Below, piece after piece: positions 39,410 through 46,006 of a DNA stretch of 46,006 nucleotides (position 1 is its first letter; each line of letters starts with the position of its first letter). The position numbers and the translations under genes were made by a program. The notes below the pieces were generated by a model that was given only the letters and a program-made list of their open reading frames with translations, was not told where the DNA came from and did not search any database. Source of the DNA: Catajapyx aquilonaris (taxonomy: Eukaryota); assembly GCA_000934665.2 (NCBI GenBank), contig JYFJ02003147.1, positions 1 through 46,006 on the forward strand. The letters run 5' to 3'.

Positions 39410-41644
39410 TCAGTTTTTTGTGACCAGATGTTTGATATACTTGATTACTTTAGCATCTGACACCATTAGTACATGGGAGACACCGCGGAACTTTACATAA
39501 TGAACCTCTTGTGTTTGCTGTGTTTTCCATTTTTTGCATACATCCAAACTCCGACGATTAACCGTGCCGTCTCCGTCTCCATATAAGACCATCGGATTAT
39601 CTGGGAACATATCCGGTTGGTAGGACAATCTGAAATGAATCAATACGATCCCAGGTATAAACAAATTAGGCTACGCCAGTCAGGTCTCAGCAGCAGCGTT
39701 TTTAAAACTTATACTACAGTAGGGTATGATTGTATTCTACAAGTATTATACAGTACAAGTATAGTTCCTCAGAAGTTCATAGTGTAGGAATTTTTACTAG
39801 AATGATATAGGCCTACTGTAATACCACAATAATAATAATTCAATAAACAAAGCAGTAGTACGTTATTGTTCTTAGTAACAGTAAGCTGGTAATTAAGTTT
39901 CCATTTGTACCTCCTGCGGTCACATAATTGCAAATGATGAGGGATCAGATGAGAAGATTTTCTCCAGATTTACATAGATTATGACCTGCTGCAACTAACT
40001 TCGCATTCAGGATGCCCAAATTGGCAAATAACATGGTAAAAGCGAGATAACTTTGATCTTGGTAATGGTGTACCGTACACTGAGAGATCCTTGCGCATGT
40101 TATTATGTAATAGCGCGGGGAAATATAGCGTATTACAGGAAACAATACTCAGTACGTATATAGCTATTAATATATATACACCCTACCCTGATAGGGCCGG
40201 GACGCCTACGCCAACTAAGCAGTGAACTTCGACCCCTGGCGGCGACAAATCGTAGGTCAGATTCTGGATACGTCCCCACATTTGATAACCGTGAGGATAT
40301 TCTACAAGCCTAAAAAATGAAAAAAAAAGAGACATATTAATATGATAATTTTAGGGGCAAGTTTTTTTCCGCTTAGATGCCTTTCTTACTGGAACAACTT
40401 CTTGTAATCTTTGGTAGTATATTTAGATGATGAGCCGTCCTTGTTATGTACCTCAATCAACGTGTCATGTTGTCCCCACAGTTTCGGAGAAGGCATCAAC
40501 CACGACAAACTTGATATACTTCTTTCCAGTTTTCTCATCTCACTATTTCTTACAAAAGGAATTCCCAAAGTATATCCTGAAAAAGTCCGTTTTCAATTAC
40601 ACCCGTAATAAGCGAAACTTTCACTCGTTATGATCTGCAACACAACACAAGTGAACTCCCAAGTATACCTTGAAAGATTGCGTCAAGGGCTTTGACTGCA
40701 CCTCCCCAGACTCCAGAAAGTGTCACTAAGGATTTTATAAATTTGTCTTTCCATCCTTGGCTTTGTTGGTTCAAAAAATGAAGCATCATTGGGGCACCCA
40801 TACTGTGGGCCACTAAATGAACGGGCTTATTTCTGTGTCGGTAAGTGTCTTCAATTAGTGACTTTAAATTATCAAAGTATTCACTTTGTTCGTCTGCAAT
40901 ATAAAATAAGTGTTGCAATAAAGGGAGGTTGTGACATACATTTTTCTACAATTCACTCTTCATGCATTGTACGCATATATACTCACTGGGCGCCTTTCGA
41001 AAATCGTAAGGTGCTCCTCGAAGAGATATGTTCCTTTTTAAACCGACATCCGCAGCAGTTAAAGAGTGTACTAGAACTGCCATGTAGGGCACTAAACCTG
41101 CGTCATCCAAGGTTTCAATTGTTCGAGTATCTCCGAAACCTGGAATTCTGGTCAAAACGCCTTGGACATTTGCACTTGTTCCAGTCGTTGCGTTATAATC
41201 CATACTGGTGTAGGATACCTGATATGGTGTACGATCATTGGCATCAATTAATAAATTAGGTTATTAGTTAAACTGTCACAATATGAGCATTACTTACAAA
41301 GCATATTATTCCACCGCGAAATAGGATATCAAGATTAACCCACAATGTAAAGTAATCAGACGTATTTCGTTTACAGGCAGATTCCACTATAGGATCTACT
41401 AGTTTCGCTTCTATTCTACTTCCTTCCAATCCAGGCACTGAAATGATGACATGACGTCACATTACGACATATTTATCTAGTGAACAAAATTTCATGTAAC
41501 CGATAATGTTTTTGCTGCATGCTTACCCAAAATAACAGCATATGCCTCTGTCCTAGCACCGAGAAATTTTGGAAAAGCCACATCACCACGTATTATTCCT
41601 GCCACTATGACCAATGCTAATGACCAACTTATGTCCCACTTCAT
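39410..41644 (-). CDS. Group XV phospholipase A2 / LCAT family, copy 2 (divergent tandem paralogue), 7 exons
   Basis: Signal peptide MKWDISWSLALVIVAG. Motifs VPGLEGSR, LRGAPYDFR, AHSMG, PPGVEVHCLVG, GDGDGTVN, VSHVLMV. Confidence 0.92.
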
Positions 41645-42032
41645 CTCAAGAAACGAGCAAGCAGTGGGCTTCCAGCAGCCCCTCGACAACTGATTCGTTT
41701 TTATAATAATGATCATGTATTTGCACACGAAGAAATAACAAAAAGGTGACTGTGTGGCTGTTCTGATATAGTTTCAGACATTTTGGAGTTCAATTCCCAC
41801 AAAACTGCTCGATATTACTGCTATCAGATTATAAGGTCATGACCCGTGAACACTAGACTTATTATTAAAGCAAGTAATCTCCAATATCAATAAGGCGTAG
41901 TCATGATGTACCTTCGAACTGGTCATACCAAGGGTCATACACCACGTGTGTGAATGTCATTTGTTCAAACCTTTATTGCACTTAGCGTAACTTTGACAAC
42001 GGCCAAACATTATACAGCAGAGCTTTGTCATC

Positions 42033-42828
42033 ATGGATTTCACTAGCATAGGACGAATGATTCCTCAAGGATTTATTAGTCAGTTTCATTTCACTATTTC
42101 GATAGTGTACCAAAATTAATATTTTTGTATGTCATGAACACACATTTTTCACAGGCAAGTGTAATCGAACCGCTTGGAGGTTGCTAAAAGACAACATTCG
42201 AAGAGATAAGCTAATTGACCAGCTACAATGGAGCCAGAAGAGACTGACGCTGCTGGAGGAAGTCAACGATCGACTGGCCGGTACAGTCCGAGAACACCAG
42301 GCACGAGCTACGCAGATGGCTGACATTTTTGATAACCTTCTAGGGGAGATACAGTGAGTCTATATCATTCCTCATTGAAACTGCGTTTGCGCAGTGGAAA
42401 TACTTACCGTATACGTCAGATTATGGGTTCACTATTTCTGCATATGTTTGTGTAGTCAGTTTAATCTAAACAATTGAGTAGCAAATCGTATCAGGCAATT
42501 GGAGACAATTTTAATATTATTTGGGTACAGGTATCTGGAAACGGCGTACTTTAGCAGCAAAGATCTGGATGAAGATTTGCGACAGCAACTGCTGGAAGAT
42601 GGCAAACGTCGGTTGCAAAACATTTCTAACCAGTTGCCCTCGGCCATGGCCAACGTGTCAGTCCTGAATGCCGAGCAAACAGCCGAGGACGACAGATGCC
42701 TTGATGTGAAACCGTCTCTGTCCGATACAGGCGCATCAGCCGGAAACAGCATTCCAGACTTTTCCGGGTTAGGTGGAGAAGAGGAAGTGGAAGCCAAGGG
42801 GGACTGTCCTCTTACTCACTCCAGATGA
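42033..42828 (+). CDS. Hypothetical ~180-aa coiled-coil protein; exons 42033-42078, 42155-42353, 42531-42828
   Basis: Three GT-AG, phase-compatible exons give one open frame (MDFTSIGRM...RDKLIDQLQWSQKRLTLLEEVNDRLAGTVREHQARATQMADIFDNLLGEIQYLE...). AATAAA at 42912. Confidence 0.7.
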
Positions 42829-43541
42829 TCACTGCCGTTCATGTTAGGCCGCAACATGGGACCTCCGGGCCGTTTGCCTGGCCTCATTGGGTGTAAACAT
42901 TCACATTTTGCAATAAACCTCGTTTAAGATCCACTTATTTAATTGCCCTCTCTTTTGGCACCATTAGCAATTAATCAATCGAGTGTTGCTGAGTCATCAT
43001 AATATTACATGAATCGGTCATTTCGTATACACGGTATACTCCATATTATCCGGGTTGCGGATTATCCGTGCACCGCCAAAAAAATTAATTTTTAAATTAA
43101 AGAGCGGAAAAACGGGTCAAAATTTTGTCCCACGGCTAGATACTGTGCTAACTTAGCAGTACCAGTGTTACCGACGGAGATTGAAGTAACAAAGGAAAAT
43201 GGTTCTAAAATGGCGGTAAACCACTCCCCCAAAACGGTTTCAAATTGGCCGAGAACGGGGCTTTAAAAAAGTGTCATTATTTCCAGCGCGATAAAGAATA
43301 GGCCAACTTTCACAAGAAAAAATTCACATATAAGTTATCTCATATAATTACACTGATTATAGTGTTTCCTTATATTCATGTCACAACAAACCACGAATTT
43401 GTAGCAGGTATGAAGTTATTTTGACGATACTTCACATGCCAAAATGAGTCGTCATTATTGGTACTTATATAATAATTTCTTCAGCAGCTTCGCAGAACAT
43501 TGTGGAGGCAAGTTTCGTTAATTGGTCGGTATACAGGGGAG

Positions 43542-44461
43542 TTTTCAGTAATACGCATATTAATAATGACTAATGTTACTCCGATAACTTATTTATAACG
43601 CATTGTAACTAAAATACAGACTATGGAATTTCACATACTGTCCTTGATTATAAATCAGATGTTGCTGACTGACTGCGTATTGCACCGATACCGTATATCG
43701 GTTGCTGGAAGTTCAGAGTACAGCAAAATTAATTCATTACAATATGAAATAATTATTCGTAAAATATTTACCTTGCATATATACTGTATATATATATATA
43801 TATATATATCGGTTTATTTATGCCCTCATCAGACACATTCCTTTGGTGTACAGTATGTTCTTGGGCTTAACAAAATTTTGACATTTTTGTGGGTTGACAC
43901 ATTATTGCATAACGCCATCCATATGATGCCCTGAGCGTTTTTGATTTGGCGCCCTATATGTCTATACGATGTGGACTGTACGTGAAAATGCTGATGTCTG
44001 GGATCAAAGATTCAAAGCCGATGAAGTTGTAGTCAGCATTTACATGCAGAAGCCGGAATTCACGCCATTTCAGGTTGTGATTCAACTTCCTACAAGAAAC
44101 TAATTACGTTGATTCCAAAACTTCAAGAAGTGGCTAATATTTTTACCCAACCTGATGCATCCAAAGATAAACCGCTGCAGCAGGAGCGTTTTCAGAAATA
44201 CGCATATTAATAATGTCTAATATTATACTCCTGTAATAAGTTATTTATAACGCATTGTAACCAAAATACAGACTATCGAATTTCATGGGTCCTTGATTGT
44301 AAATCAGATGTTGCTGACTGCCTGCATATTGTACCGATACCGTATATCTCATCCTGGAAGTTCTGAGCAGAACAATAATAAATCATTAAAATACCCAATT
44401 AAATAATGATTCGTAAAATATTTACCTTGCAAATATATCGGTTTATCTATCAGACACATTC
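43542..44461. repeat. Two diverged direct copies of a ~280-bp unit (43542-43840 and 44189-44461)
   Basis: Both begin TTTTCAG.AATACGCATATTAATAATG and end ATCAGACACATTC. Confidence 0.85.
44040..44190 (+). mobile_element. Decayed transposase fragment, probably Academ-type XPG-like domain
   Basis: Reads IHAISGCDSTS...LQEVANIFTQPDASKD...AAAG, resembling the HAxSGCDTTS motif. Family assignment is from memory. Confidence 0.5.
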
Positions 44462-45321
44462 AAGAATGGGGAAGTAGCCTTGGTCTGGGATTTGGGATTT
44501 TTGTTCATGACGAGCTAGCCCATGCCTGTAAACATACATTCCATCACTCTGTTGCATCAAAATGACATTACTGGATAAATTACGGCACATTTAAAAGTGC
44601 CTTCAAAATTGGCGGGAAAAATGCCCCGGCCGGGTGGTGCCAATCGAAAGGGTACACTGAAATGCCTGGTTGACTGCGAGATATGAGGAATTTCACTTTG
44701 AATTAACCGCGGACGCGACGGAAAGCATTCGCAAGGCCGCTGTAGGCCATCGAGGTGGAGAAAGGGGGCCTTCATGTGCCGAATTCGGGAGAGAGATATT
44801 TCCGACCTGGTGGCATCACTGCCATGTACAAAGCAGTTTGAGCAGCCTGGAATAAATACGCGCCCCGGCCGCTATCTTGCTCACGGAATGGGACGGTTGC
44901 TAACAACAAGGCTTGTTCTAACCAGGTTCCGTCATCTAATGTAAATCGTCTGGCACGCTTCCGTTGCACGCCGCTCGAGGCGCTGATGCCAGCCGCGGGG
45001 GGAAACTGCCGCTCACCGCATATGCATATGCTTACGTTTTCATTTAATATTTGCATGCAAAAAATGTATACGTTGAATCCGGATATAACATCCTCGGCTA
45101 CAACCGATCCTTGGTTATAGCAGACTGGTCCCGCCATACTCACGTACTCTATGACCTGTGTATTTAGCTACAACAGACTCGGTTTATTACAGCAGACTGA
45201 TTATATTTGCGCGGTTTTTTGATATCCGAGTCTTATGTAGTTTTTTTCGGGCAATGATTAAAGACCGTTATTGGAAATATCATCCCCTAAAAGACTCAAG
45301 GAGCCATATCGCGAGGTATCC

Positions 45322-45343
45322 ATTATTATTATTATTATTATCG

Positions 45344-45418
<75 letters not shown>

Positions 45419-45511
45419 ATTGTTGTTGTTGATTATTATTACTATTATTTATTATTATTATTTATTGTTATTATTATTATTTATTATTATCATTATTGTT
45501 GTTGTTGTTTA

Positions 45512-45564
<53 letters not shown>

Positions 45565-45606
45565 ATCATTATTATTGTTGTTGCTGTTTATTATTATTAT
45601 TATTAA

Positions 45607-45652
<46 letters not shown>
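45322..45652. repeat. Compound (TTA)n/(TTG)n microsatellite
   Basis: Seen directly. Confidence 0.97.
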
Positions 45653-45656
45653 AGCA

Positions 45657-45780
45657 CAAGTGGTTACCAGACGTCCCGGATTGTCCGGGACTGTCCGGAA
45701 TATCCACCCATTGTCCCGGATTCTTTCAGGGGTCATTCGGGATACCAATTTGTCCCGGATTGCGCCAAATTGTCACGGGG
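45657..45780. mobile_element. hAT (Blackjack-like) terminal fragment with GTCCCGG subrepeats
   Basis: GGTTACCAGACGTCCCGG followed by repeated TGTCCCGGA/TGTCCGG. Confidence 0.5.
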
Positions 45781-46006
45781 TTATAGCAGATATTGAAAAA
45801 TCACTTCTTATCTAATGCTGCGCATTAATACCGTATATGGACATAATTATACTGTACCTATATCGTATACAGTACAGCATACCAGATTTTAAAAGTATTA
45901 AATGTATGATATATTATACGTGGACATACATAGGCTATATGATGCAGGTACCCGTGTCAACCTAATAGCCAATACATATAAATTATCATGGAAGTAATTA
46001 AGTAAA

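Noticed and set aside
43029..43075. pogo-like TIR start
   Set aside because: No matching opposite terminus found.
45158..45815. Poly-I/L/Y/V ORFs (also 4346-4567)
   Set aside because: Translations of microsatellites.

Overview
Eukaryotic genomic DNA, AT-rich, with short spliceosomal introns. It is probably from an arthropod-like invertebrate, judged from protein similarity and repeat types (inference). Genes, left to right: an HSF5/HSFY-like DNA-binding gene (-, runs off the left edge); a leucine-rich-repeat gene (-); a peroxisomal enoyl-CoA delta isomerase (ECI2-like, ends SKL, -); a ~13 kb gene encoding a single-chain four-repeat K+/cyclic-nucleotide-binding-domain channel (CNGK/tetraKCNG architecture, -); TBC1D20 (+); two tandem group XV phospholipase A2/LCAT-like paralogues (-); and an unrecognised 3-exon coiled-coil gene (+). 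Introns and intergenic DNA hold many MITEs, SINEs and transposon relics, often nested. The most interesting items are the four-repeat channel, which has four different selectivity filters, no phosphate-binding Arg in any CNBD and a GC-AG intron joining repeats 3 and 4, and a structured ~270-nt candidate ncRNA with a TATA box and T4 terminator in intron 1 of the HSF gene. All gene models were built by eye and no database search was run.
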